64,000 nt of DNA from Auanema rhodensis (GCA_964057225.1 CAXKVF010000082.1:309411-373410); one strand, 5' to 3'; positions 40,481 to 55,440 are shown, counted from the first letter of the stretch. Translations and numbers: made by a program. Notes: generated from the sequence alone by a model not told the origin.

Positions 40481-43400
40481 CATACCAAGTGCACATCACG
40501 TGTACATTTAATTAGCATAAATTAAAGTTCACGTAAATTTCAAAGTCATGGTTACCATGAACCAATATCAATAAAAATTTGTTTTTAGACTAATATGGAC
40601 ATGGGGAATCTAATTTTGAAAACCGCATCTCTTTATCTTTCACGTGAAGCGAGTTACATACCAAGTGCACATCACGTGTACATTTAATTAGCATAAATTA
40701 AAGTTCACGTAAATTTCAAAGTCATGGTTACCATGAACCAATATCAATAAAAATTTGTTTTTAGACTAATATGAACATGGGGAATCTAATTTTGGAAACC
40801 GCATCTCTTTATCTTTCACGTGAAGCGAGTTACATACCAAGTGCACATCACGTGTACATTTAATTAGCATAAATTAAAGTTCACGTAAATTTCAAAGTCA
40901 TGGTTACCATGAACCAATATCAATAAAAATTTGTTTTTAGACTAATATGGACATGGGGAATCTAATTTTGAAAACCGCATCTCTTTATCTTTCACGAGAA
41001 GCGAGTTACATACCAAGTGCACATCACGTGTACATTTAATTAGCATAAATTAAAGTTCACGTAAAATTCAAAGTCATGGTTACCATGCACCAATATCAAT
41101 AAAAATTTGTTTTTAGACTAATATGGACATGGGGAATCTAATTTTGAAAACCGCATCTCTTTATCTTTCACGTGAAGCGAGTTACATACCAAGTGCACAT
41201 CTCGTGTACATTTAATTAGCATAAATTAAAGTTCACGTAAATTTCAAAGTCATGGTTACCATGAAGCAATATCAATAAAAATTTGTTTTTAGACTAATAT
41301 GGACATGGGGAATCTAATTTTGAAAACCGCATCTCTTTATCTTTCACGTGAAGCGAGTTACATACCAAGTGCACATCACGTGTACATTTAATTAGCATAA
41401 ATTAAAGTTCACGTAAATTTCAAAGTCATGGTTACCATGAACCAATATCAATAAAAATTTGTTTTTAGACTAATATGGACATGGGGAATATAATTTTGAA
41501 AACCGCATCTCTTTATCTTTCACGTGAAGCGAGTTACATACCAAGTGCACATCACGTGTACATTTAATTAGCATAAATTAAAGTTCACGTAAATTTCAAA
41601 GTCATGGTTACCATGAACCAATATCAATAAAAATTTGTTTTTAGACTAATATGAACATGGGGAATCTAATTTTGAAAACCGCATCTCTTTATCTTTCACG
41701 TGAAGCGAGTTACATACCAAGTGCACATCACGTGTACATTTAATTAGCATAAATTAAAGTTCACGTAAATTTCAAAGTCATGGTTACCATGAACCAATAT
41801 CAATAAAAATTTGTTTTTAGACTAATATGGACATGGGGAATCTAATTTTGAAAACCGCATCTCTTTATCTTTCACGAGAAGCGAGTTACATACCAAGTGC
41901 ACATCACGTGTACATTTAATTAGCATAAATTAAAGTTCACGTAAAATTCAAAGTCATGGTTACCATGCACCAATATCAATAAAAATTTGTTTTTAGACTA
42001 ATATGGACATGGGGAATCTAATTTTGAAAACCGCATCTCTTTATCTTTCACGTGAAGCGAGTTACATACCAAGTGCACATCTCGTGTACATTTAATTAGC
42101 ATAAATTAAAGTTCACGTAAATTTCAAAGTCATGGTTACCATGAAGCAATATCAATAAAAATTTGTTTTTAGACTAATATGGACATGGGGAATCTAATTT
42201 TGAAAACCGCATCTCTTTATCTTTCACGTGAAGCGAGTTACATACCAAGTGCACATCACGTGTACATTTAATTAGCATAAATTAAAGTTCACGTAAATTT
42301 CAAAGTCATGGTTACCATGAACCAATATCAATAAAAATTTGTTTTTAGACTAATATGGACATGGGGAATCTAATTTTGAAAACCGCATCTCTTTATCTTT
42401 CACGTGAAGCGAGTTACATACCAAGTGCACATCACGTGTACATTTAATTAGCATAAATTAAAGTTCACGTAAATTTCAAAGTCATGGTTACCATGAACCA
42501 ATATCAATAAAAATTTGTTTTTAGACTAATATGAACATGGGGAATCTAATTTTGGAAACCGCATCTCTTTATCTTTCACGTGAAGCGAGTTACATACCAA
42601 GTGCACATCACGTGTACATTTAATTAGCATAAATTAAAGTTCACGTAAATTTCAAAGTCATGGTTACCATGAACCAATATCAATAAAAATTTGTTTTTAG
42701 ACTAATATGGACATGGGGAATCTAATTTTGAAAACCGCATCTCTTTATCTTTCACGAGAAGCGAGTTACATACCAAGTGCACATCACGTGTACATTTAAT
42801 TAGCATAAATTAAAGTTCACGTAAAATTCAAAGTCATGGTTACCATGCACCAATATCAATAAAAATTTGTTTTTAGACTAATATGGACATGGGGAATCTA
42901 ATTTTGAAAACCGCATCTCTTTATCTTTCACGTGAAGCGAGTTACATACCAAGTGCACATCTCGTGTACATTTAATTAGCATAAATTAAAGTTCACGTAA
43001 ATTTCAAAGTCATGGTTACCATGAAGCAATATCAATAAAAATTTGTTTTTAGACTAATATGGACATGGGGAATCTAATTTTGAAAACCGCATCTCTTTAT
43101 CTTTCACGTGAAGCGAGTTACATACCAAGTGCACATCACGTGTACATTTAATTAGCATAAATTAAAGTTCACGTAAATTTCAAAGTCATGGTTACCATGA
43201 ACCAATATCAATAAAAATTTGTTTTTAGACTAATATGGACATGGGGAATATAATTTTGAAAACCGCATCTCTTTATCTTTCACGTGAAGCGAGTTACATA
43301 CCAAGTGCACATCACGTGTACATTTAATTAGCATAAATTAAAGTTCACGTAAATTTCAAAGTCATGGTTACCATGAACCAATATCAATAAAAATTTGTTT

Positions 43401-44000
43401 TTAGACTAATATGAACATGGGGAATCTAATTTTGAAAACCGCATCTCTTTATCTTTCACGTGAAGCGAGTTACATACCAAGTGCACATCACGTGTACATT
43501 TAATTAGCATAAATTAAAGTTCACGTAAATTTCAAAGTCATGGTTACCATGAACCAATATCAATAAAAATTTGTTTTTAGACTAATATGGACATGGGGAA
43601 TCTAATTTTGAAAACCGCATCTCTTTATCTTTCACGAGAAGCGAGTTACATACCAAGTGCACATCACGTGTACATTTAATTAGCATAAATTAAAGTTCAC
43701 GTAAAATTCAAAGTCATGGTTACCATGCACCAATATCAATAAAAATTTGTTTTTAGACTAATATGGACATGGGGAATCTAATTTTGAAAACCGCATCTCT
43801 TTATCTTTCACGTGAAGCGAGTTACATACCAAGTGCACATCTCGTGTACATTTAATTAGCATAAATTAAAGTTCACGTAAATTTCAAAGTCATGGTTACC
43901 ATGAAGCAATATCAATAAAAATTTGTTTTTAGACTAATATGGACATGGGGAATCTAATTTTGAAAACCGCATCTCTTTATCTTTCACGTGAAGCGAGTTA
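40481..44000. repeat. Tandem 10-monomer (1760 bp) duplication made of two diverged 5-mers
   Basis: m231-240 and m241-250 both read: consensus; G118A+A139G; T165A; T58A+A80C; A18T+C82G; C130A; G118A; T165A; T58A+A80C; A18T+C82G. Confidence 0.9.
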
Positions 44001-47000
44001 CATACCAAGTGCACATCACGTGTACATTTAATTAGCATAAATTAAAGTTCACGTAAATTTCAAAGTCATGGTTACCATTAACCAATATCAATAAAAATTT
44101 GTTTTTAGACTAATATGGACATGGGGAATATAATTTTGAAAACCGCATCTCTTTATCTTTCACGTGAAGCGAGTTACATACCAAGTGCACATCACGTGTA
44201 CATTTAATTAGCATAAATTAAAGTTCACGTAAATTTCAAAGTCATGGTTACCATGAAGCAATATCAATAAAAATTTGTTTTTAGACTGATATGGACATGG
44301 GGAATCTAATTTTGAAAACCGCATCTCTTTATCTTTCACGTGAAGCGAGTTACATACCAAGTGCACATCACGTGTACATTTAATTAGCATAAATTAAAGT
44401 TCACGTAAATTTCAAAGTCATGGTTACCATGAACCAATATCAATAAAAATTTGTTTTTAGACTAATATGAACATGGGGAATCTAATTTTGGAAACCGCAT
44501 CTCTTTATCTTTCACGTGAAGCGAGTTACATACCAAGTGCACATCACGTGTACATTTAATTAGCATAAATTAAAGTTCACGTAAAATTCAAAGTCATGGT
44601 TACCATGCACCAATATCAATAAAAATTTGTTTTTAGACTAATATGGACATGGGGAATCTAATTTTGAAAACCGCATCTCTTTATCTTTCACGTGAAGCGA
44701 GTTACATACCGAATGCACATCACGTGTACATTTAATTAGCATAAATTAAAGTTCACGTAAATTTCAAAGTCATGGTTACCATTAACCAATATCAATAAAA
44801 ATTTGTTTTTAGACTAATATGGACATGGGGAATATAATTTTGAAAACCGCATCTCTTTATCTTTCACGTGAAGCGAGTTACATACCAAGTGCACATCACG
44901 TGTACATTTAATTAGCATAAATTAAAGTTCACGTAAATTTCAAAGTCATGGTTACCATGAAGCAATATCAATAAAAATTTGTTTTTAGACTAATATGGAC
45001 ATGGGGAATCTAATTTTGAAAACCGCATCTCTTTATCTTTCACGTGAAGCGAGTTACATACCAAGTGCACATCACGTGTACATTTAATAAGCATAAATTA
45101 AAGTTCACGTAAATTTCAAAGTCATGGTTACCATGAACCAATATCAATAAAAATTTGTTTTTAGACTAATATGGACATGGGGAATCTAATTTTGAAAACC
45201 GCATCTCTTTATCTTTCACGTGAAGCGAGTTACATACCAAGTGCACATCACGTGTACATTTAATTAGCATAAATTAAAGTTCACGTAAAATTCAAAGTCA
45301 TGGTTACCATGCACCAATATCAATAAAAATTTGTTTTTAGACTAATATGGACATGGGGAATCTAATTTTGAAAACCGCATCTCTTTATCTTTCACGTGAA
45401 GCGAGTTACATACCAAGTGCACATCACGTGTACATTTAATTAGCATAAATTAAAGTTCACGTAAATTTCAAAGTCATGGTTACCATGAACCAATATCAAT
45501 AAAAATTTGTTTTTAGACTAATATGAACATGGGGAATCTAATTTTGGAAACCGCATCTCTTTATCTTTCACGTGAAGCGAGTTACATACCAAGTGCACAT
45601 CACGTGTACATTTAATTAGCATAAATTAAAGTTCACGTAAATTTCAAAGTCATGGTTACCATGAAGCAATATCAATAAAAATTTGTTTTTAGACTAATAT
45701 GGACATGGGGAATCTAATTTTGAAAACCGCATCTCTTTATCTTTCACGTGAAGCGAGTTACATACCAAGTGCACATCACGTGTACATTTAATTAGCATAA
45801 ATTAAAGTTCACGTAAAATTCAAAGTCATGGTTACCATGCACCAATATCAATAAAAATTTGTTTTTAGACTAATATGGACATGGGGAATCTAATTTTGAA
45901 AACCGCATCTCTTTATCTTTCACGTGAAGCGAGTTACATACCAAGTGCACATCACGTGTACATTTAATTAGCATAAATTAAAGTTCACGTAAATTTCAAA
46001 GTCATGGTTACCATGCACCAATATCAATAAAAATTTGTTTTTAGACTAATATGGACATGGGGAATCTAATTTTGAAAACCGCATCTCTTTATCTTTCACG
46101 TGAAGCGAGTTACATACCAAGTGCACATCACGTGTACATTTAATTAGCATAAATTAAAGTTCACGTAAATTTCAAAGTCATGGTTACCATGAACCAATAT
46201 CAATAAAAATTTGTTTTTAGACTAATATGGACATGGGGAATCTAATTTTGAAAACCGCATCTCTTTATCTTTCACGAGAAGCGAGTTACATACCAAGTGC
46301 ACATCACGTGTACATTTAATTAGCATAAATTAAAGTTCACGTAAAATTCAAAGTCATGGTTACCATGCACCAATATCAATAAAAATTTGTTTTTAGACTA
46401 ATATGGACATGGGGAATCTAATTTTGAAAACCGCATCTCTTTATCTTTCACGTGAAGCGAGTTACATACCAAGTGCACATCACGTGTACATTTAATTAGC
46501 ATAAATTAAAGTTCACGTAAAATTCAAAGTCATGGTTACCATGCACCAATATCAATAAAAATTTGTTTTTAGACTAATATGGACATGGGGAATCTAATTT
46601 TGAAAACCGCATCTCTTTATCTTTCACGTGAAGCGAGTTACATACCAAGTGCACATCACGTGTACATTTAATTAGCATAAATTAAAGTTCACGTAAATTT
46701 CAAAGTCATGGTTACCATGAACCAATATCAATAAAAATTTGTTTTTAGACTAATATGGACATGGGGAATCTAATTTTGAAAACCGCATCTCTTTATCTTT
46801 CACGTGAAGCGAGTTACATACCAAGTGCACATCACGTGTACATTTAATTAGCATAAATTAAAGTTCACGTAAATTTCAAAGTCATGGTTACCATGAACCA
46901 ATATCAATAAAAATTTGTTTTTAGACTAATATGGACATGGGGAATCTAATTTTGAAAACCGCATCTCTTTATCTTTCACGTGAAGCGAGTTACATACCAA

Positions 47001-50000
47001 GTGCACATCACGTGTACATTTAATTAGCATAAATTAAAGTTCACGTAAATTTCAAAGTCATGGTTACCATGAACCAATATCAATAAAAATTTGTTTTTAG
47101 ACTAATATGGACATGGGGAATCTAATTTTGAAAACCGCATCTCTTTATCTTTCACGTGAAGCGAGTTACATACCAAGTGCACATCACGTGTACATTTAAT
47201 TAGCATAAATTAAAGTTCACGTAAATTTCAAAGTCATGGTTACCATGAACCAATATCAATAAAAATTTGTTTTTAGACTAATATGGACATGGGGAATCTA
47301 ATTTTGAAAACCGCATCTCTTTATCTTTCACGTGAAGCGAGTTACATACCAAGTGCACATCACGTGTACATTTAATTAGCATAAATTAAAGTTCACGTAA
47401 AATTCAAAGTCATGGTTACCATGCACCAATATCAATAAAAATTTGTTTTTAGACTAATATGGACATGGGGAATCTAATTTTGAAAACCGCATCTCTTTAT
47501 CTTTCACGTGAAGCGAGTTACATACCAAGTGCACATCACGTGTACATTTAATTAGCATAAATTAAAGTTCACGTAAATTTCAAAGTCATGGTTACCATGA
47601 ACCAATATCAATAAAAATTTGTTTTTAGACTAATATGAACATGGGGAATCTAATTTTGGAAACCGCATCTCTTTATCTTTCACGTGAAGCGAGTTACATA
47701 CCAAGTGCACATCACGTGTACATTTAATTAGCATAAATTAAAGTTCACGTAAATTTCAAAGTCATGGTTACCATGAAGCAATATCAATAAAAATTTGTTT
47801 TTAGACTAATATGGACATGGGGAATCTAATTTTGAAAACCGCATCTCTTTATCTTTCACGTGAAGCGAGTTACATACCAAGTGCACATCACGTGTACATT
47901 TAATTAGCATAAATTAAAGTTCACGTAAAATTCAAAGTCATGGTTACCATGCACCAATATCAATAAAAATTTGTTTTTAGACTAATATGGACATGGGGAA
48001 TCTAATTTTGAAAACCGCATCTCTTTATCTTTCACGTGAAGCGAGTTACATACCAAGTGCACATCACGTGTACATTTAATTAGCATAAATTAAAGTTCAC
48101 GTAAATTTCAAAGTCATGGTTACCATGCACCAATATCAATAAAAATTTGTTTTTAGACTAATATGGACATGGGGAATCTAATTTTGAAAACCGCATCTCT
48201 TTATCTTTCACGTGAAGCGAGTTACATACCAAGTGCACATCACGTGTACATTTAATTAGCATAAATTAAAGTTCACGTAAATTTCAAAGTCATGGTTACC
48301 ATGAACCAATATCAATAAAAATTTGTTTTTAGACTAATATGGACATGGGGAATCTAATTTTGAAAACCGCATCTCTTTATCTTTCACGTGAAGCGAGTTA
48401 CATACCAAGTGCACATCACGTGTACATTTAATTAGCATAAATTAAAGTTCACGTAAATTTCAAAGTCATGGTTACCATGAACCAATATCAATAAAAATTT
48501 GTTTTTAGACTAATATGGACATGGGGAATCTAATTTTGAAAACCGCATCTCTTTATCTTTCACGTGAAGCGAGTTACATACCAAGTGCACATCACGTGTA
48601 CATTTAATTAGCATAAATTAAAGTTCACGTAAATTTCAAAGTCATGGTTACCATGAACCAATATCAATAAAAATTTGTTTTTAGACTAATATGGACATGG
48701 GGAATCTAATTTTGAAAACCGCATCTCTTTATCTTTCACGTGAAGCGAGTTACATACCAAGTGCACATCACGTGTACATTTAATTAGCATAAATTAAAGT
48801 TCACGTAAATTTCAAAGTCATGGTTACCATGAACCAATATCAATAAAAATTTGTTTTTAGACTAATATGGACATGGGGAATCTAATTTTGAAAACCGCAT
48901 CTCTTTATCTTTCACGTGAAGCGAGTTACATACCAAGTGCACATCACGTGTACATTTAATTAGCATAAATTAAAGTTCACGTAAATTTCAAAGTCATGGT
49001 TACCATGAAGCAATATCAATAAAAATTTGTTTTTAGACTAATATGGACATGGGGAATCTAATTTTGAAAACCGCATCTCTTTATCTTTCACGTGAAGCGA
49101 GTTACATACCAAGTGCACATCACGTGTACATTTAATTAGCATAAATTAAAGTTCACGTAAATTTCAAAGTCATGGTTACCATGAACCAATATCAATAAAA
49201 ATTTGTTTTTAGACTAATATGGACATGGGGAATCTAATTTTGAAAACCGCATCTCTTTATCTTTCACGTGAAGCGAGTTACATACCAAGTGCACATCACG
49301 TGTACATTTAATTAGCATAAATTAAAGTTCACGTAAAATTCAAAGTCATGGTTACCATGCACCAATATCAATAAAAATTTGTTTTTAGACTAATATGGAC
49401 ATGTGGAATCTAATTTTGAAAACCGCATCTCTTTATCTTTCACGTGAAGCGAGTTACATACCAAGTGCACATCACGTGTACATTTAATTAGCATAAATTA
49501 AAGTTCACGTAAATTTCAAAGTCATGGTTACCATGAACCAATATCAATAAAAATTTGTTTTTAGACTAATATGGACATGGGGAATCTAATTTTGAAAACC
49601 GCATCTCTTTATCTTTCACGTGAAGCGAGTTACATACCAAGTGCACATCACGTGTAAATTTAATTAGCATAAATTAAAGTTCACGTAAATTTCAAAGTCA
49701 TGGTTACCATGAAGCAATATCAATAAAAATTTGTTTTTAGACTAATATGGACATGTGGAATCTATATTTGAGAACCGCATCTCTTTATCTTTCACGTGAA
49801 GCGAGTTACATACCAAGTGCACATCACGTGTACATTTAATTAGCATAAATTAAAGTTCACGTAAATTTCAAAGTCATGGTTACCATGAACCAATATCAAT
49901 AAAAATTTGTTTTTAGACTAATATGGACATGGGGAATCTAATTTTGGAAACCGCATCTCTTTATCTTTCACGTGAAGCGAGTTACATACCAAGTGCACAT

Positions 50001-53000
50001 CACGTGTACATTTAATTAGCATAAATTAAAGTTCACGTAAATTTCAAAGTCATGGTTACCATGAACCAATATCAATAAAAATTTGTTTTTAGACTAATAT
50101 GGACATGGGGAATCTAATTTTGAAAACCGCATCTCTTTATCTTTCACGTGAAGCGAGTTACATACCAAGTGCACATCACGTGTACATTTAATTAGCATAA
50201 ATTAAAGTTCACGTAAATTTCAAAGTCATGGTTACCATGCACCAATATCAATAAAAATTTGTTTTTAGACTAATATGGACATGGGGAATCTAATTTTGAA
50301 AACCGCATCTCTTTATCTTTCACGTGAAGCGAGTTACATACCAAGTGCACATCACGTGTTCATTTAATTAGCATAAATTAAAGTTCACGTAAATTTCAAA
50401 GTCATGGTTACCATGAACCAATATCAATAAAAATTTGTTTTTAGACTAATATGGACATGGGGAATCTAATTTTGAAAACCGCATCTCTTTATCTTTCACG
50501 TGAAGCGAGTTACATACCAAGTGCACATCACGTGTACATTTAATTAGCATAAATTAAAGTTCACGTAAATTTCAAAGTCATGGTTACCATGAACCAATAT
50601 CAATAAAAATTTGTTTTTAGACTAATATGGACATGGGGAATCTAATTTTGAAAACCACATCTCTTTATCTTTCACGTGAAGCGAGTTACATACCAAGTGC
50701 ACATCACGTGTACATTTAATTAGCATAAATTAAAGTTCACATAAATTTCAAAGTCATGGTTACCATGAACCAATATCAATAAAAATTTGTTTTTAGACTA
50801 ATATGGACATGGGGAATCTAATTTTGAAAACCGCATCTCTTTATCTTTCACGTGAAGCGAGTTACATACCAAGTGCACATCACGTGTAAATTTAATTAGC
50901 ATAAATTAAAGTTCACGTAAATTTCAAAGTCATGGTTACCATGAAGCAATATCAATAAAAATTTGTTTTTAGACTAATATGGACATGTGGAATCTAATTT
51001 TGAAAACCGCATCTCTTTATCTTTCACGTGAAGCGAGTTACATACCAAGTGCACATCACGTGTACATTTAATTAGCATAAATTAAAGTTCACGTAAATTT
51101 CAAAGTCATGGTTACCATGAACCAATATCAATAAAAATTTGTTTTTAGACTAATATGGACATGGGAAATCTAATTTTGAAAACCGCATCTCTTTATCTTT
51201 CACGTGAAGCGAGTTACATACCAAGTGCACATCACGTGTACATTTAATTAGCATAAATTAAAGTTCACGTAAATTTCAAAGTCATGGTTACCATGAACCA
51301 ATATCAATAAAAATTTGTTTTTAGACTAATATGGATATGGGGAATCTAATTTTGAAAACCGCATCTCTTTATCTTTCACGTGAAGCGAGTTACATACCAA
51401 GTGCACATCACGTGTACATTTAATTAGCATAAATTAAAGTTCACGTAAATTTCAAAGTCATGGTTACCATGAACCAATATCAATAAAAATTTGTTTTTAG
51501 ACTAATATGGACATGGGGAATCTAATTTTGAAAACCGCATCTCTTTATCTTTCACGTGAAGCGAGTTACATACCAAGTGCACATCACGTGTACATTTAAT
51601 TAGCATAAATTAAAGTTCACGTAAATTTCAAAGTCATGGTTACCATGAACCAATATCAATAAAAATTTGTTTTTAGACTAATATGGACATGGGGAATCTA
51701 ATTTTGAAAACCGCATCTCTTTATCTTTCACGTGAAGCGAGTTACATACCAAGTGCACATCACGTGTACATTTAATTAGCATAAATTAAAGTTCACGTAA
51801 ATTTCAAAGTCATGGTTACCATGAACCAATATCAATAAAAATTTGTTTTTAGACTAATATGGACATGGGGAATCTAATTTTGAAAACCGCATCTCTTTAT
51901 CTTTCACGTGAAGCGAGTTACATACCAAGTGCACATCACGTGTACATTTAATTAGCATAAATTAAAGTTCACGTAAATTTCAAAGTCATGGTTACCATGA
52001 ACCAATATCAATAAAAATTTGTTTTTAGACTAATATGGACATGGGGAATCTAATTTTGAAAACCGCATCTCTTTATCTTTCACGTGAAGCGAGTTACATA
52101 CCAAGTGCACATCACGTGTACATTTAATTAGCATAAATTAAAGTTCACGTAAATTTCAAAGTCATGGTTACCATGAACCAATATCAATAAAAATTTGTTT
52201 TTAGACTAATATGGACATGGGGAATCTAATTTTGAAAACCGCATCTCTTTATCTTTCACGTGAAGCGAGTTACATATCAAGTGCACATCACGTGTACATT
52301 TAATTAGCATAAATTAAAGTTCACGTAAATTTCAAAGTCATGGTTACCATGAACCTATATCAATAAAAATTTGTTTTTAGATTAATATGGACATGGGGAA
52401 TCTAATTTCGAAAACCGCATCTCTTTATCTTTCACGTGAAGCGAGTTACATACCAAGTGCACATCACGTGTACATTTAATTAGCATAAATTAAAGTTCAC
52501 GTAAATTTCAAAGTCATGGTTACCATGCACCAATATCAATAAAAATTTGTTTTTAGACTAATATGGACATGGGGAATCTAATTTTGAAAACCGCATCTCT
52601 TTATCTTTCACGTGAAGCGAGTTACATACCAAGTGCACATCACGTGTACATTTAATTAGCATAAATTAAAGTTCACGTAAATTTCAAAGTCATGGTTACC
52701 ATGAACCAATATCAATAAAAATTTGTTTTTAGACTAATATGGACATGGGGAATCTAATTTTGAAAACCGCATCTCTTTATCTTTCACGTGAAGCGAGTTA
52801 CATACCAAGTGCACATCACGTGTACATTTAATTAGCATAAATTAAAGTTCACGTAAATTTCAAAGTCATGGTTACCATGAACCAATATCAATAAAAATTT
52901 GTTTTTAGACTAATATGGACATGGGGAATCTAATTTTGAAAACCGCATCTCTTTATCTTTCACGTGAAGCGAGTTACATACCAAGTGCACATCACGTGTA

Positions 53001-55440
53001 CATTTAATTAGCATAAATTAAAGTTCACGTAAATTTCAAAGTCATGGTTACCATGAACCAATATCAATAAAAATTTGTTTTTAGACTAATATGGACATGG
53101 GGAATCTAATTTTGAAAACCGCATCTCTTTATCTTTCACGTGAAGCGAGTTACATACCAAGTGCACATCACGTGTACATTTAATTAGCATAAATTAAAGT
53201 TCACGTAAATTTCAAAGTCATGGTTACCATGAAGCAATATCAATAAAAATTTGTTTTTAGACTAATATGGACATGGGGAATCTAATTTTGAAAACCGCAT
53301 CTCTTTATCTTTCACGTGAAGCGAGTTACATACCAAGTGCACATCACGTGTACATTTAATTAGCATAAATTAAAGTTCACGTAAGTTTCAAAGTCATGGT
53401 TACCATGAACCAATATCAATAAAAATTTGTTTTTAGACTAATATGGACATGGGGAATCTAATTTTGAAAACCGAATCTCTTTATCTTTCACGTGAAGCGA
53501 GTTACATACCAAGTGCACATCACGTGTACATTTAATTAGCATAAATTAAAGTTCACGTAAATTTCAAAGTCATGGTTACCATGAACCAATATCAATAAAA
53601 ATTTGTTTTTAGACTAATATGGACATGGGGAATCTAATTTTGAAAACCGCATCTCTTTATCTTTCACGTGAAGCGAGTTACATACCAAGTGCACATCACG
53701 TGTACATTTAATTAGCATAAATTAAAGTTCACGTAAATTTCAAAGTCATGGTTACCATGAAGCAATATCAATAAAAATTTGTTTTTAGACTAATATGGAC
53801 ATGGGGAATCTAATTTGAAAACCGCATCTCTTTATCTTTCACGTGAAGCGAGTTACATACCAAGTGCACATCACGTGTACATTTAATTAGCATAAATTAA
53901 AGTTCACGTAAATTTCAAAGTCATGGTTACCATGAACCAATATCAATAAAAATTTGTTTTTAGACTAATATAGACATGGGGAATCTAATTTTGAAAACCG
54001 CATCTCTTTATCTTTCACGTGAAGCGAGTTACATACCAAGTGCACATCACGTGTACATTTAATTAGCATAAATTAAAGTTCACGTAAATTTCAAAGTCAT
54101 GGTTACCATGAACCTATATCAATAAAAATTTGTTTTTAGATTAATATGGACATGGGGAATCTAATTTCGAAAACCGCATCTCTTTATCTTTCACGTGAAG
54201 CGAGTTACATACCAAGTGCACATCACGTGTACATTTAATTAGCATAAATTAAAGTTCACGTAAATTTCAAAGTCATGGTTACCATGCACCAATATCAATA
54301 AAAATTTGTTTTTAGACTAATATGGACATGGGGAATCTAATTTTGAAAACCGCATCTCTTTATCTTTCACGTGAAGCGAGTTACATACCAAGTGCACATC
54401 ACGTGTACATTTAATTAGCATAAATTAAAGTTCACGTAAATTTCAAAGTCATGGTTACCATGAACCAATATCAATAAAAATTTGTTTTTAGACTAATATG
54501 GACATGGGGAATCTAATTTTGAAAACCGCATCTCTTTATCTTTCACGTGAAGCGAGTTACATACCAAGTGCACATCACGTGTACATTTAATTAGCATAAA
54601 TTAAAGTTCACGTAAATTTCAAAGTCATGGTTACCATGAACCAATATCAATAAAAATTTGTTTTTAGACTAATATGGACATGGGGAATCTAATTTTGAAA
54701 ACCGCATCTCTTTATCTTTCACGTGAAGCGAGTTACATACCAAGTGCACATCACGTGTACATTTAATTAGCATAAATTAAAGTTCACGTAAATTTCAAAG
54801 TCATGGTTACCATGAACCAATATCAATAAAAATTTGTTTTTAGACTAATATGGACATGGGGAATCTAATTTTGAAAACCGCATCTCTTTATCTTTCACGT
54901 GAAGCGAGTTACATACCAAGTGCACATCACGTGTACATTTAATTAGCATAAATTAAAGTTCACGTAAATTTCAAAGTCATGGTTACCATGAACCAATATC
55001 AATAAAAATTTGTTTTTAGACTAATATGGACATGGGGAATCTAATTTTGAAAACCGCATCTCTTTATCTTTCGACGTGAAGCGAGTTACATACCAAGTGC
55101 ACATCACGTGTACATTTAATTAGCATAAATTAAAGTTCACGTAAGTTTCAAAGTCATGGTTACCATGAACCAATATCAATAAAAATTTGTTTTTAGACTA
55201 ATATGGACATGGGGAATCTAATTTTGAGAACCGCATCTCTTTATCTTTCACGTGAAGCGAGTTACATACCAAGTGCACATCACGTGTACATTTAATTAGC
55301 ATAAATTAAAGTTCACGTAAAATTCAAAGTCATGGTTACCATGCACCAATATCAATAAAAATTTGTTTTTAGACTAATATGGACATGGGGAATCTAATTT
55401 TGAAAACCGCATCTCTTTATCTTTCACGTGAAGCGAGTTA

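Noticed and set aside
44208-44390. 60-aa minus-strand ORF from the supplied track
   Set aside because: It exists only because the singleton A112G at 44288 changes a minus-strand TAG to CAG in m252. The equivalent frame is closed in the other copies, 176 is not a multiple of 3, and the peptide has no recognisable motif.
55068-55086. G insertion at 55073 creating TTCG, possibly a better CENP-B box
   Set aside because: The insertion shifts the downstream A and CG by one base and destroys the required spacing. It is a singleton and may be an error.
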